Assembly (NCBI GenBank): GCA_013265495.1
Contig: MU057781.1
Coordinates: 870,001 to 934,000 of the forward strand
Direction: 5' to 3'
DNA length: 64,000 nucleotides
Source of the DNA: Vicugna vicugna
Lineage: Eukaryota
The notes below the pieces were generated by a model. That model worked only from the letters and a program-made list of their open reading frames with translations. It did no database searches and was not told the origin of the DNA. Both the position numbers and the translations under genes were made by a program. Shown here one piece after another: positions 1 to 13,258 of the stretch; the first letter of the stretch is position 1; every line of letters starts with the position of its first letter.

Positions 1-967
1 AGCCGCGTGAGTCCCTGCTCTTTCACAGGGGACCCGGCCTCCAGCCCCACAGGGACTTCCCAGGGCAGGGCGTCTGGAGGGTGGGGGGGGACACGCCCCC
101 TGGCGGCCCACCTTTGATGCTGCAGTGAAGCATCACCACGGTGTGGGGGTGCCATCTGCTGACGCTTCTCCGCATCCCGCGCTAAATTGCGCTGAGTGGC
201 CGCAGGGCCGGGCGGGGTTGGGGAGGGGCAGTGGGCCGGGCAGGGCTTAGACAACAGGCCTGCAGACACAGGGCTCCCCGCTAGAAGAAGGGTTAAAAGC
301 TGACAGCGTTCACTAACCTGGCAAACATTTGCTAAATCAAGGTAGGGGAGGGAGCACATCACAGGCTGACCTCTGGGTCTGGCTTCAAGGGAAGGGGCTG
401 GTTTTCTAGGGCTGAGGCCCTCCAGGTGGAGGAGGCCCAGGCAAGGACTGGGTGGGCCGGCAGGGACAAGGGACTCCTGGCCCTGGAGCAGAGACTGGGG
501 GCGGGAGAGCCAGCGGGGGGCCAAGACCCCGCTGCTCTTAAAACCTAGACTTTCTGACCTTCTGAGGTCCATAGTGCACGTCCAATTCTGTTTTTAAGTC
601 TAAAAACTGTCACGGGGTCTTTGAATAATTGTAACCACTTATAAATGTATGTACTTTCCAGTATTTTAAACTGCATTTGTTCGTTTAATACATTTGGTTC
701 CTTAAGTACCACACTGTGTGGACTGACAAACACCACGGTAAGCAGTGTGTCATTCCTACGAACAAGCACATGTGTTAAAAGGTACGTCTCAGGAAGAGGT
801 GAGATCGTGGCTCAGACATAAAACGGGCTCATGTTAACGGTGTCATTGACTCATCAATCCAGGGAGAGCTGGGCAGCTGTCACAAGCAGCTTCCAAGAGA
901 ACTGAGGACGGACACACTGACAGGTTACTAACCCTGGAACTGAGGGAAGAGAACCTGGTTTCTGCGT

Positions 968-1326
968 GGCTGGGCGAGGGGGGCCCGGCGGGGCTGACAT
1001 CTGTGCGGCTGGGCGAGGGGGGCTCTGGGGAGCTGACATCTGCATGGCTGGGCGAGGGGGGGTCCGGGGGGGCTGACATCTGTGCGGCTGGGCGAGGGGG
1101 GCCCGGCGGGGCTGACATCTGCACAACTGGGCGAGGGGGGCCCATGGGGGCTCACAGTGACAGGTCAGATGACCTCTACATGACGCATAGAGGGGGGGGC
1201 CGGGGAGGCTGACATCTGTGCGGCTGGGCGAGGGGGGCCCGGCGGGGCTGACATCTGCACAACTGGGCGAGGGGGGCCCATGGGGGCTCACAGTGACAGG
1301 TCAGATGACCTCTACATGACGCATAG
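968..1326. repeat. G-rich minisatellite, ~38-bp unit (GGCTGGGCGAGGGGGGCCCGGCGGGGCTGACATCTGTGC-like), with an internal 120-bp duplication
   Basis: GGCTGACATCTG and CTGGGCGAGGGGGG recur with ~38-bp period. 1071-1190 is repeated at 1207-1326. Repetitive ORF translations (e.g. QMSAPPGPPRP) reflect the repeat. Confidence 0.92.
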
Positions 1327-4300
1327 GTTTCCACTGAAGCGCGTTTTGGGGGTCTACGCTGCGAGGCTGGACACTGCGAACTCCAGCCTCGGTATTCAGT
1401 CAGCAGTGCCTGTGTGTCTGAGCGGATGACGTCTCATGTTACAGACTTGATGACTTTTCTGACCCGTCACAGAAAAGATCAAATGTGATGTTCACATTTG
1501 CAGTAACCCGATGATACAGTGTGATTCCTGCCCGGCTCTGTACTGAATTCCAGTTGACCCTGGGCAGGCCAGGCCCCCACTATAATGGCCGTGGGCCCGG
1601 CTGGCAGAGACTCCGGCTGTACAACCCGGTTCCCATGTGACAGAGGTGCCAGCCAGACCAGGCCCCCTGGAAGCTGGGCAGCGGCTCTGGGGCCGCGCTG
1701 GCCCTGACCAGCTGTGGGTCTCCCCCTGTGTCTTTAGAGGAAGGCGGTGGGAGCTCGGGATGGACCCCGCAAACCCAGGGTCAATCTGGCTCTTGAGATG
1801 TGCGGCTGTGTCCCTAGGCCCTGCGCTCACACCCGCCCAGCTGCACACACATTAAAACGAAGCTTCCGTGGGTCCAGGGCCCAGGCTGACACTCAAGGTC
1901 CCTGTTAGGTGATCTTATAAGGCTGTGTTGCTGACTCCTGGCCCAGGGCAGCTGGCTGACCTGTATCCATCAGTCTCCTTCCCTGGCCCCAATGCTGCTC
2001 TCCCCACAGCCGGCCCCCAGGCGGGGTGATGCGGGCAAGGGCGGCCACCTAGGACACACCCTGTGCATGTTTGAGGTCCCCCAGGGGAGACAGCACAGCC
2101 TGGGGGACTCCAAAACCCAGGCAGGAGCGCAAGGGTCAGGGCCCCCTCCCCAGCCCTCCGCCCCTTAACCAGGGCAGCCCTGCTCTGTCACCTTAGCCCT
2201 CGGATCCCCAAGATTCTGGTGAAGAGTTTCCACTGCCAAGAAGCTTAAAACAACTGTCTTGGAGAGCTGCTGGCCACATCTTCATAACCAAGAATTGTAA
2301 AGTGTGCAGCCACGCCAAATTCTACCCAGGCCCTGGGCGCCCAGGGTCTTGGGTTGCTCGAAGCGCTGACCCTTCAAACTTGATCCCAGCCCAGGGCAAA
2401 AGTCCAGGAGTGGTGGGGGAGGGGATCTTGCTCCCGCCGGCGACCAGAGTCAGCTCTCTACTGACCTGGGCTGGCCAGCCACTGTGACCACAGTCTTAAA
2501 ACTGAGTCCCCAAGGAGGAGGATATGTGGGCCAGCCGATACTAGCTGGAGTGCACACGAGGACAGGACCACAGCTGCGGGGCTGGGACCCAGGGAGGAGT
2601 CAGCCAGTCTGGCCCCCAGACCTCCTGGGCAGGTGAACCACTGGGGAGTTTCCCTCTGAGGTGGGAGGACGCGGGTGGCCTCTCCAGTCCCCCAGCCTGT
2701 GGTCTCTTGGCCCTTGACTCACCTGGTGGCCACATCCGGCCTCCAGGGGCCAGGGAGGGGTCCCCAAACAGATGTCCCCCTAGCAAGTGCTTGCGCCCTC
2801 ACCACGTGGGGCCGGGACACCGAGGGCCTGTGCTCCTGTGAGGGGAGGACTGGGGCCTGCAGGGCTAGGCGGCGGGAGCGAGTGGGGCTGACTGAGAGCT
2901 GGAGGTTGAGTTGAAGGCGGGTCTGCCAAGCAGGGGCGGGGCTTGAGTGGGGCCCGTCGCTCAGCCCCTCACTGGGAGACACCTCCCAGGCACCACCAGG
3001 GAGCTCCTCAGGGAGGCCTGCTCCCAGCCCCTCCCCGGGGCCCCCCCGCAGTGAGCGGGAACTCTGGCAGCGCCCACCCCAGCCTCCCTCCCCACCATGC
3101 GTCCAGCAGAGGCCTTGACGTGAACAGAAATGCCCGCTGGGCCGAAGGTAGTCATTTGCACCCTGGACTGGAGCCTAGTGAGCCACCGATGACAGGGTCC
3201 CAGAGGGTGAGTCACATTCAGACGTCAAGTGTGAACTAAAAATATGACGCCTGCAATTAGGTCGCCCTGCGAGCGGAGGGAGCCTTCCCGACAAGGGTCA
3301 CGGGCCCATCTATTATTAGAAGAGCTGAAACTCCCCCACCCCATCCAGCACACGAAGAGCAGCTCCGTCCACCGGAATGCGTGGCCACTCTAACCTCACC
3401 CAGGGCCCACCCACCACCCACTGCACTGAGCCAGCCTGGCTGGAGGGTCCAATCCAGCCCACTTCCTGGGAACGGCGCCCTGATGCGGGCGACGCTGGGG
3501 TGGGGGCGGGCAGGGAAGGAGGGGCCGCCCAGCGCATTCCCCAGAGAGCAGCTGACCAGGTCCCCCCCATAGAGGCCCTCTCCCGGAGAGGCCCAGGCGG
3601 TCCCACCCCTCCTGTGACACTGAGAGCGAGTTTCTAGCAGTGTTGGTGGCCCCGGGACAGCCTGAGAAGGCGGGCCTGAGCAGGGTAGCCAGACCTGACC
3701 CAGCCTGCTCCCTGGGGTCACCAGGTGAGGAGGGGGCCCGGTCCTGCGGCCACTGCAGTGCCCACTGCCGCCAGCAGAGAGCGCCCTCCACAAGAGAGCA
3801 GGTGCCCCACACACCCTGGGCCCTGAGACCCACTGTGACCCCCCCTCCTCACAGCTCACAGCTCCGAACTTTGCTCCAGACCCGAGGGGGCTGCTGGGGA
3901 ATACCTGGCAGTTTAACGGGCGCTCTCAGCGAAGGGCAGCTTTCCTGCCCGTTTCCCCGCTTCACCCCAGTCGTACCACCCACCATCGCCCAGCGCAGGC
4001 CACTGCACTCTCCCTCCATGCGGTCGCCCATCTGATGGCCCAGCATGCTGGCTGGCCGTGCGAGCTGCCACCCTTGTCATGGCGTCCTTGACGTCCCCCC
4101 CCATCGAGTCTGGGACCTGAGCTGCCTGTCCAGGCGGCCATGTTGCCGACAGCGTGGGGCTTGTCCTCCTGACCTGAAGTGACCAGGCCCCCAGCTCTGA
4201 CTCTGCAGGGTTTGGCCACAGGGCAGGAGGCACAGGAAAGGGTGCAGTGACGGTGGCCCTGTGACCCCTGTCCCCAGACAGGCCCCTCCTGTAAGGGCCA

Positions 4301-4506
4301 AGCTCCCAGCAAGAAGGCCAGGAGGGCTGGGAGCAGGGCCTGGAGCACCTGGGGCGAGGGGGCAGGGGCTGCATCGGTGGAACCAGTGGCTGGACATCTC
4401 ACCCGCGGTCTTTGCTCGCTGGAGCTGGAACCACATGGACTCACTGTCCAGCCTCAGGCTGACGGCCAACGTGTGGTGACTGCGGCGGTGCTGGGCCTGG
4501 TCTTCT

Positions 4507-4672
4507 TGTGTGTGTGTGTGTGTATCTGTGTATGTGTGTGTATGTGTATGTATATGTGTGTATATTTGTCTCTGTGTATATGTGTGCGTATATGTATGTG
4601 TGTATGTGTATACATGTGTGTGTATGTGTGTGTATATGTGTGCATGTGTCTGTGTGTATGTGCGTGTGTGCA
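4507..4672. repeat. Imperfect (TG)n/(TGTA)n microsatellite
   Basis: Alternating TG/TA run visible directly. Confidence 0.95.
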
Positions 4673-4709
4673 TGCTCTCAGGTGGGACTCTTGGGTCCAG
4701 GAAGGAGGG

Positions 4710-5075
4710 TGTATGAGTTTCTGTGGTCACTATGACAAATGACCACATCTTAGTGGCTTAAAAAATGCAAACTTACCATCTTACAGTCCTGAAGGTTGGA
4801 GTCTGACATGGGTCTCAGGCTCAGTCCAGGCTGTTACCCTCCGGAGGCTCCTGGGAGAATCTATTTCTAGCCCCTTCCAGCTTCTAGAGGCACCTAGTCC
4901 CTCAGCTCGGGCCCCTTCCCCATTGTCAGGCCGGCAGCTGCCCCCTCTGACCCTCTGACCCCCCTGCCTCCCTCCTCCCTAGAAGGACCCTTGTGATTAT
5001 GTTGGGCTGCCTGGACTGTCCAGGACCCTCTTCCCATCTTAAAACCAGCCATTGTCAACCTTTGTTCCGTCTACA
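4710..5075 (-). mobile_element. MaLR solo LTR (MLT1-type)
   Basis: TGTATGAGTTTCTGTGGTCACTATGACAAATGACCACATCTTAGTGGCTTAAAA...CTTACAGTCCTGAAGG...AAGGACCCTTGTGATTATGTTGGGC resembles the reverse complement of MLT1 LTR consensus (recalled). Confidence 0.8.
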
Positions 5076-5417
5076 ACTCTGACTGCCTCCTACACATGGA
5101 TCACACAGCCCCCGGTCCCTTACTTTCCCACCAGGTGGGGTCTCTTCCCAGGGTACCAGGCCCTGTGCTTGGAACTAAGGCACGAAGCTGACACCCTGTG
5201 CAGCACTCAGGCCACTAGCGGGATGATCAGCACCCCCAGTGGGAGGATGGGCCACAGGTGTGCCAGGTGCCAGGAGCACAGACTTGGGGCTAAACCCACT
5301 TGTGGGGTGAGCTGGGCATTCCTGGGGCTGCAGCCTCACTTGACCCCACTCAGCTGCCTCTGCCTCCTCCCCTTCCTGGGCCTCAGCACCCCTACCCCCC
5401 AGGAAGTTCAGCTTCCT

Positions 5418-5543
5418 CAGAGCCCCTCCCCTCCCAGGGCCCCTCCCCTCCCTGGGCCCCTCCTCCTCCCAGGGCCCCTCCCCTCCCAGAGCCCCTCCTC
5501 CTCCCAGGGCCCCTCCTCCTCCTAGGGCCCCTCCCCTCTCCTC
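5418..5543. repeat. Short C-rich tandem repeat, ~17-18-bp unit (CAGGGCCCCTCCCCTCC)
   Basis: About seven degenerate copies visible. Confidence 0.85.
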
Positions 5544-8500
5544 CCATCTACCCGGTGGCCTCAGAGTGCGTGGCAGGTGATGGCAGTCAGGGTGGGCCTG
5601 CGGCAGCACCTGAGTGGGGAGGGGGTCTGTCCTGGGTCTGTTCCAGTCACACCTGCAAGTGCAGAGGTGGACAGAGCAAGCACCCTGACCTGGGGGCACT
5701 ACAGGCCAGGTGGCCATCATGCGACTGTCACACAGGCAGCCTGTCTGGGCGGAGTCTCTTTCTTCAGGGTCAGAATGGGACCCTCCAGCCTGTATCTGCA
5801 GCTCTGTTCGGTCCTAGAGGGCTGGACCCGACTGGGGACAGGTCAAGACCTGTCCACGTCCTTGGAACCTTGGGGTCCACCCAGGAGTGGGCTCTGGGCC
5901 TCACTCACCAGCACCTGCCTAGCCCCTGCCCTCCCTCTCCTGCTCCAAGTCCCTGTCTGTCTCCTACACTGCCCCCTGACCCCCAGTGGTGCTCCCTGGC
6001 CTGGGCGGCACCTCCTCCCTGGAGCCCTCCCAACCTCTCCCACCCTTTGCCCACAAGCCCCCCAGGCCTCCCTCTCCCCACTGCCCTGGTGGCCCCGCCC
6101 CTCCCCTCCCAGGGCTGGGGCCCGCTCTGCGCCGAGTCCCCAGCCCCAGCCTGGTGCTCACGTCACTGCCGACTGGGGCTTAAATACCAGACTGACTGAG
6201 GAAGGAAGGAATGAGTAAGTGGGAGGCACCAGCATTGCAGGCCTGGCTAGGATCTGACTGGCCACTGGGCCCTGGCTTTGCAGGTGGGCATCTGGGACCC
6301 GGAGAAGACGGTGCTCTTCAGGGGACCAGGTCAGGGAGTGGGGCTTCCGGCTGTGGGCCGATGGCACCAGGCCTCCAGGCTGGGGTGAACCTTTGGTTCA
6401 GACCTCTCAGAGTTGCTTTCTTTTGCTGTGGAAGGGAGCCTGCACGTCCCTGTCCCACTGGTGGGGGTTCCGGGAGCAGAGACTAGGGGTCCACACAGGA
6501 GCGTCAGCTGCGGTGACGTGAGTCTGCACCTCCCAGAGCTGGGGTGTGAGCCGGCCTCCTCACAGCGTTGCCGAGGTCCCCCAGGACGGGGCTGACAGCT
6601 TGGGGGACGGGCAGGCCCTGGGGGTGCCCACTGGTGACCTGCCCGCTCACCGGCCACTGCCTGCCTCTGCGGATGCCTCCTCCCTCTGTGGGTAAATCAG
6701 GTTACCACAGCTTTTCGTGTGGGATGAGGACACAGCCGGCAGCCGCAGAAACCAGGACAGACGGCCGCCCTTCCCCGGGGTGGCGTAGGGGGGCTGGCTC
6801 CTTAATCGTTGTTAATTAGGCAGAGGCACGCGGGACTCCATGGGCCCTGGGAGCCCTCGGAGTCGCACTCTCAGCCCAGCAGCGAGGCCGGCAGCTTCTG
6901 CTCTGGCCCAGCCGCCCTGGGGATTAATGGTGGGGGTTTGCAGGCCAGAACTGGCTGGGGAGGCGGGTGGGCCTCGGCTAAGGAAGGCAGGGCTATGAGA
7001 AAGGAGGGCCGGGTGGGAGCGGCGGCCCTCTGGGCCCAGGTCCCAAGTGACACGGCCCATAGGCCTGAAACATTCTCTGTCCAGCGGCCTGCAGTCCCAG
7101 CGAAGGTGACCAGGGTGGCCGTCAGAGCTCATAGGCAAAACCCAGACCATTGTCTGGAAACCTTCACCCAAAGAACCCCGCCAGGAAGCAGAACGTACCT
7201 GCAGCCCCTCCAAGTCGCCTCCTAGGACAGCGGCGCGGGCGGCCCTCACCACTGCGTGAAGGCCTACACTGACGTCCACACTGTGGGGACCTCAGGACCC
7301 CTCGTCTCCTGCTGCTTGCCTCCCCTCCCCCCCTCCACAGAGCTTGGCAGCTTCCAGAAATGTCTGGGAGAGAAGACCCTGCCTGCAGGGGGTTCTGGGA
7401 AAGGGCAGGGGGCTAGCGGGCGGTGGGGGCATCAGGCTGGTCCCCAACTGGGACCCAGTGGGGACAGTGCCTCTATCTCATGGCTTGGGGCTGCTCTAGG
7501 CCCCCTCTTTAAGGGCAAGGAATGGGAGGGGCAGGCACAGCTGCGGCGGACAGGCCGCCCAGGCAGAGGGGCCAGCCGGGACCAGAGCAGAGCTGGGAGG
7601 CAGGCAGGGCACCTCAGAGCTGCTACAGGTGCTCAGGTGTCCAGCGCAGGTGGTGAGGCCTGAGTCGGGACTGGGACGAGGCCCCAGGTGAGGAAGGGGG
7701 AGGGGGTGTGCTCCAGCAGCAAAGGCTCAGAGGTGGGTCCAGGGTTTCTGACCCCATCTCATTAGGCATTGGTGCTGGTGGCAGCCACTTGCTCCAGTCC
7801 TCCTGGTCCTGCTGGCGTTGGGGAACCTCCACCTGCCTGCCAGAGACAGAGCCCGGGACCCCTGCACTCTGGGGCTTGGGGTCCAGGCCCAGCTCGCCAG
7901 TCACAGACTTGGAGGAGGCCTTGCCTCTTGGGCCTCCCAGGCCTCCATCTCCTCTCCTGTCAGCCGACCCCAAGGCCTGGGTTGGCCTGGGCACCACAGC
8001 CAGCAATGCCCAGGGCAGCAGAGAGACCCAGGCCGACTCGGGCTCAGGGACTCCCTCCCTGACCCAGCAGAGACCCCTCCACTCCACTGATTCGTCTCCT
8101 CTGCTGGGCGCTGCGATTCTTGAGCACGGGGTCCTCCTCAGCCCCCAGCACCGCTGTCAGGAAAGGAGGCTGTCCTGACAGAGAGTCACTAGCCCTGCCC
8201 CCAGGAGGGAGGCAGGGCCCCCTCTGCTGAGCGCTGACTGTGTTCCCCAGCCCTGCGACCTTCTCAGGGGCTCACTCTCGCTGCATTACTGGCCCAGACC
8301 CCAGATGGGAAAGTCAGGTCACCCAGGCCTAGACAGTAGCACAGGATTCAGACCAGGCAGGCTGGGGCCTGGACCCTGAGGCTGCCTGAACCCCACCACC
8401 GCTGCCCCAAGCTCCCATCACAGGCCCCACAGGCTCTGTGGGGTCAAGGCTGGGCCGCAGTGTGTGCTCGCTGGATGCCCATGTGTTCCCCCAAGGACAT

Positions 8501-11500
8501 TGCCCCAGACAGGCTGACGGGGAGCCTGCGCGGAGGCTGCCTGGCCCCGCCCACACGCCCTGGAAGGGATGCCTGGATCGCTCGGCCAGAGCCTCATGTT
8601 TTCTGGACACGGTGAAAACCAGCTTGTTCTGTCCAAGCCTGGAGCCAGCCCAGGCTTCCGGAAGGGGGCCCAGCCAGCCCGAGGCTCACGCTTGGCCGGA
8701 GGAAAGCCAGTGCTCTCCAGCAGTCCACAGCCTCCCTGCAGCCTGCCCCGCTCGCCCACGTGCAGGCCTGGCCCGGCGAGCAGACGCGCAGCTCTTTATG
8801 AAGACCGACCCCAGGGGATGTTAGTATGGGCTGGGATGAAGGGAACTGAGGCCCTGGGTCAGGCTCCCTGCCCTCCCCTGGTGGTCAGGCTGGCCCCCGA
8901 GTCTCAGGTCTGCAGGCCTCGCTGCTGCAGACAAGCCCACGACGTGGCCAGTCGGGGGACCAGGGTGTATGGGCTGCCTCTCCCAGAGAGTGGGACTGCT
9001 GGCAAGGAACAGGAGTGGCCCGTGGCAGGTGAGGAGTCCCCCCAGCGCCCCAGACCTCCCGGAGGCCAATGGCAGCGGTCTCACTGCCGGCCCGACGGCG
9101 GGAAAGGCAGCGCCAGGCCTGGCTCCCGGCAAGGCCAGCAGATTCTTTTCTCTGGCTGGAGTCCACGGAGCTGTGCCTGCCACACCCCGGAAGCTTCCAG
9201 GCCCCGCAGGCTAAGCTGGCCCTGCTCACTGGCCAGGCGGGAGGAGGGAGCTGAGACCCAGGCCACAGACGCAGCAGCTGGCCAGCAGGAGCCCTCAGCG
9301 CCTCAGTCCTCTGTCTGTGAGCTGGTGATGCAGCCTGGCACCTCCAGATCCATCACAGGGCAGGGTGGGCAGCGGCCCAGCCCCAGGGTCCACTCAGCCT
9401 GGTCAGAGGTGGCGGGGCACGCTGGGCTCCCTGGTTGCCAGCCCCTGCCCAGCACGAGCTGCTATGCTTTCTGCTCCGTGAGCTGGACCAGACCTTGGCC
9501 AGGCTGCCTGGGGCCCTGTCTCCAGGTCCCTCTTGGAGTCTGCGCAAGGGTCCACCCGAGACCTCCGGAGCCCGGTGCTGCAGGGTCAGGGGCCCGTGCA
9601 TGGCCCTGCAGGAGACGGTGCTGAGCTGTGAAACCCTGGAGGGGGTCGTCCGAGTCCTACTCTTTCCCTTGGAGACTACAGGGCTGCGTTTTGGAAATAA
9701 CAAACATCAAATCCTTTCTGAAATAGTCACTGGCGGTGGCCCCGCTGGTGCCCAAGGCTGTGCTGATGGGCAGCCCTGACCACCCAGCTTAACCCGGGAA
9801 GGGAGGCTGCTGCTGAGCTGAAGCGAAGGCAGCCTGCTGCTCCAGGCCCCGGGCTCCAGGGCTCAGCCCCCTCTAGCCCCAGGAGGATGCGGCGCACCTG
9901 CCCTCGCGTCCCCCCGTGCCCAGCTTGGGCTCACCCCGCCCCCAGCCAGGCCCGGCCACCTGCCCACTCCACAACAGGGAAAGCCAAGGAGGTCGGGGCC
10001 ATGTGTGCTGGTGGTCCTGGAGGTGGACGGCAGGCTCTGCTGTGTGTCCCGTGTTGCTGGCTGGCCCCCAGTCCTCCGAGCACCCCGGGACAGATCAGGG
10101 CAGGGCCCTGGGCAGACCCTCTTGTAGCTCTTGGGGACACTGAGGCCAGGAAGGGTCAGCCCTGCCTGAGGACCCAGGGCTGCTCTGACGGCTGGGACAT
10201 GAGTGGAAGGAAACACTGGCCCCATCTGGCTACTGTTGGCTGAGGTCACGTGGTGTCAACCGCTCAGCTGGGGGCTCCCTGCAGGCAGCACCAGGCACAT
10301 GGCACGTGACACCCTGGGTGACAGCTCGACTGGGAGACCTGGAGGTACATACCGTGGGCCCATGGAGACCCCACAGTCACCAAGGCACCCCAGCACCCGG
10401 CCATTTGCCCAGTGAAGGAACAATCTGGGAGACTAATGGCAGCCGGGGGGAGGGGGTCTGCGGTGTCCTGCCCCCAGGGGGCTGTGCGTGACAGGGGTGT
10501 GAGCACCTGGCCAGGCCATGCTGGGCTGGGCGCGCCCACGCCACCCTCACACCTGAAGAGCACCAGCCTACTGACCTCTGCTGGGCACCCCCTGCTGGCT
10601 GGGGGGCCAGGGGGCCTGGGGGCCGAGGTTGGGAAGCCTGCTGGCAGTCGGGGAAGAGACTCGGGCCTTGGCTCCCTCTCCGCAGCCCAGCCCTCCCCTC
10701 GGACCCACTCTCATCACAGTGCCCCAGATTCTGCTTCTGGAAATACACTCGTAATTAAATGGAAAAGCCAGAGCGCTGCCTGGAGAGCCAGGCGGCGGTT
10801 ACACAACCCTCATTACCGTGGCTCCCAGCGGCCCAGGGCACGCGAGCGATTGGCCGGGCTCTGGGCCTCGTCCCAGCCTCTGGGGCAGGGTGGGCTCTGG
10901 AAGTGGGGGTCCATCCCGGCCGTCTCCTGGCTGGAAGGTGGTGGCATGGCCCTTGGGCCTGGCTGCCCTCTGCCCTGGGAAGCCTGTAGGCCCCTCACGG
11001 CTTCATAAGCAGGGGAACAGCCCGTTCCTGGGGTGGGTTAACTGAGACAGTGAGTAGGGAACAACGTGACCTGAGGACAGCCGCTCCGTTTCCAGGCTGA
11101 GCCTGGAGGGATAAAGTAGTGTTGAGTAGGGTGACATTGCCCAAGGGTGGGCTCCAGACTGGGAGGGGCAGCCAGACTGAGGACTGGATTCCCAGTGTTG
11201 GGGAGAGGGGTGACTGCCCCCTGAGAGGTGCCTGGGTGGGAGCCCGAGAGGCTGGGGGAACACAAATGCGGGTACAGCCCTCGGGGCTGGAGCCCCACTG
11301 GGACGGGGCTCAGAGGACGTATGTCCATACCTTACACCGTGCAGACAAATTAAGGCTCTGAGGTTCTTTGTGACCAACACTGAAACACAATCAAACCCCA
11401 TAGCATGTGACATGAGAGGGAGGAGGAGGGGGCGGGAGAATCAGGCCCCAGGGGGCTGCACAATGGACTCGCTGGCCACTTGCTGGAAGGGGCTCCATCC

Positions 11501-12204
11501 TGGCCTAGGCAGAGCTCTCTGGGCTGGCTGACCCTCCGCTGCCCCTGCCCTGGGCCTCCTCCTGCCTCTTGGGCAATGGCTGGGGGTGGCCGGGGGTGGC
11601 CGTAGCAGGTGGGGCTGTCACGAGGCCGTGTCACAGCTGGGAAGCTCTGGCAGAGCTGGCCCTGGCCGCCTGCTCTGGGCAACCGGACACTTTCAGGGCG
11701 GGAGGTGTTTATGGCCCCTTGGCCGAGGGGAGCGTGGCCAGGTCCCGTTGTGCGGCCGGAGCCCAGCACCAGCCCCTCCTCCCTGCCCCCCGGCCCGGGC
11801 TCCCTTGGCTGCAGTCCGGCCCCTGCCTTCGCTGAACGTCCGCAAGGTGGAAACTCAGCGGTTTCGCCCTGTGCGCTGCCCTCCTCAGACAGACCTGGTG
11901 TCTCTGTGCTGTAGCACATCTGCAAACAGAAGAAAACCACCACGTCACACATACACCCAGAGCCGGAAGGAGCTGTGCTGACCACGTCCTTCTGGCCTGT
12001 CCCCAGGACTCCCCCTTGCCAGCTCTGTGCCTGCTCTAGCTGAAGGCAGAGTCTCTGTTGCCATGGTGCTCGTGCCCTGGCAGGGAAACCGATGGTAAAT
12101 CTGTGACCGGGGAGAGCAGGCGCCAACGGGGATGAGACGGGTGTGGCCAGGCATGCTGGGGGCAGGGCCGTCCAGCTGTGCTGGCTGCAGGCGGGGGTCC
12201 AGCC

Positions 12205-12420
12205 AGAGGGGGCATTTGAATAAGATCTGACTGTACAATGGTGGCAGCAGTGGGGACGTTGTTCTGGGCAGAGGGCAAAGCAAGTGCAAAGGCCCTGGGG
12301 CAGGAGATGGTTAGTGACAGAAGCAGAGAGCGCCAGTGAGTGGGGCCGCCGGGGTCAGGCAGGCATTGAGGAGGGGCTCCCTGCAGCCCCCAGAGGCCAG
12401 GTTGGGCGTTTGGGGCAGAC
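12205..12420 (-). mobile_element. LINE-2 fragment
   Basis: GTTCTGGGCAGAGGGCAAAGCAAGTGCAAAGGCCCTGGGGCAGGAG is a typical reverse-strand L2 segment. Confidence 0.65.
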
Positions 12421-12839
12421 AGTGGGGGCGGTAGGGGAGGTAGGGATACACGTGGTCAGGAGTGGTGAGGGCATCTGCTGCAGGGTGCCAGCCTGGCTTC
12501 GGTGCTTTAACTTCCCACCACCCTTCCCGCACTGGGGGCGCTGCCACGTTCGTCTCCAGGGGAAACTGCCTATTTGTTTAGGAAAATGTGTTAACGGCCG
12601 TTTCATTTCTAAAAGGAAAATCCCAGGGCTCAGTCTGGACCTGGAATCAAAACAGAGCCTAAGTGCCCCCCCAGGACGGAGGTGCTCTGGAGCTCAAGCT
12701 GCCAGGCGCCCCTCCCGACGCGAGCCGGGGCGGGGCAGCGGGAGGTGGCGGCTTAGCCTTGGCTGGCTTGGACCTGGTCTTCCTTTAATTTCTCCGAGGC
12801 TTGGAGAGGCTAAGCACTTTCACTTCAGACACTTGAATT

Positions 12840-13258
12840 ACTTTGCGTAAATTGTTTTATCCTGGTCTTCCCCCATTTTTCATTGGGACATTTGTCTTTT
12901 TGATTCGTTTTGGAACTCTTTCTCTGTTAAAAATATTTTCTCCTATTTGTCACTTGGCTTTTAATTTAATGAAGATATTTGTATACACAAAGATGTTAAA
13001 CTGTGCGTGCTCAAATGCATCCGTAGTCTCCTTTCATGACTCTGCTTTGAGTTGATACTGAGAAAGTCCTTACCAGGTTTAAAATTGGGGCAGTACCGCC
13101 ATATGCCTTTTCAACTTATAGCTTGATTTTCTTTCTTACTTGCTTCTCTAATCCATGTGGAATTAGTTTATGTGGACACTTGGCTGGGATATAACTTAAT
13201 TATTTTCCCTCCAGATAACTGACTGATCATCCTGGCAACACGTGCTGAATATTCACCC
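12840..13258 (-). mobile_element. Ancient L1 (L1M-type) fragment, antisense
   Basis: T-rich block with CCCATTTTTTCATTGGGACATTTGTCTTTTT and TCTCTAATCCATGTGGAATTAGTTT, resembling antisense L1 ORF2/3' sequence. Confidence 0.7.

Noticed and set aside
968..1326. Repeat arrays here and at 32-33 kb as CRISPR-like
   Set aside because: Head-to-tail units without unique spacers, no cas genes, mammalian context.
1481..1499. AAATGTGA-N3-TCACATTT resembling a bacterial CRP site
   Set aside because: Wrong spacer length and mammalian flanks; no sign of contamination.
1448..1546. Possible C/D-box snoRNA (TGATGA...CTGA)
   Set aside because: Box C lacks the leading purine, there is no convincing terminal stem, and no host intron is evident.
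4077..4748. His/Thr- and Cys/Val-rich ORFs
   Set aside because: Translations of the (TG)n microsatellite.
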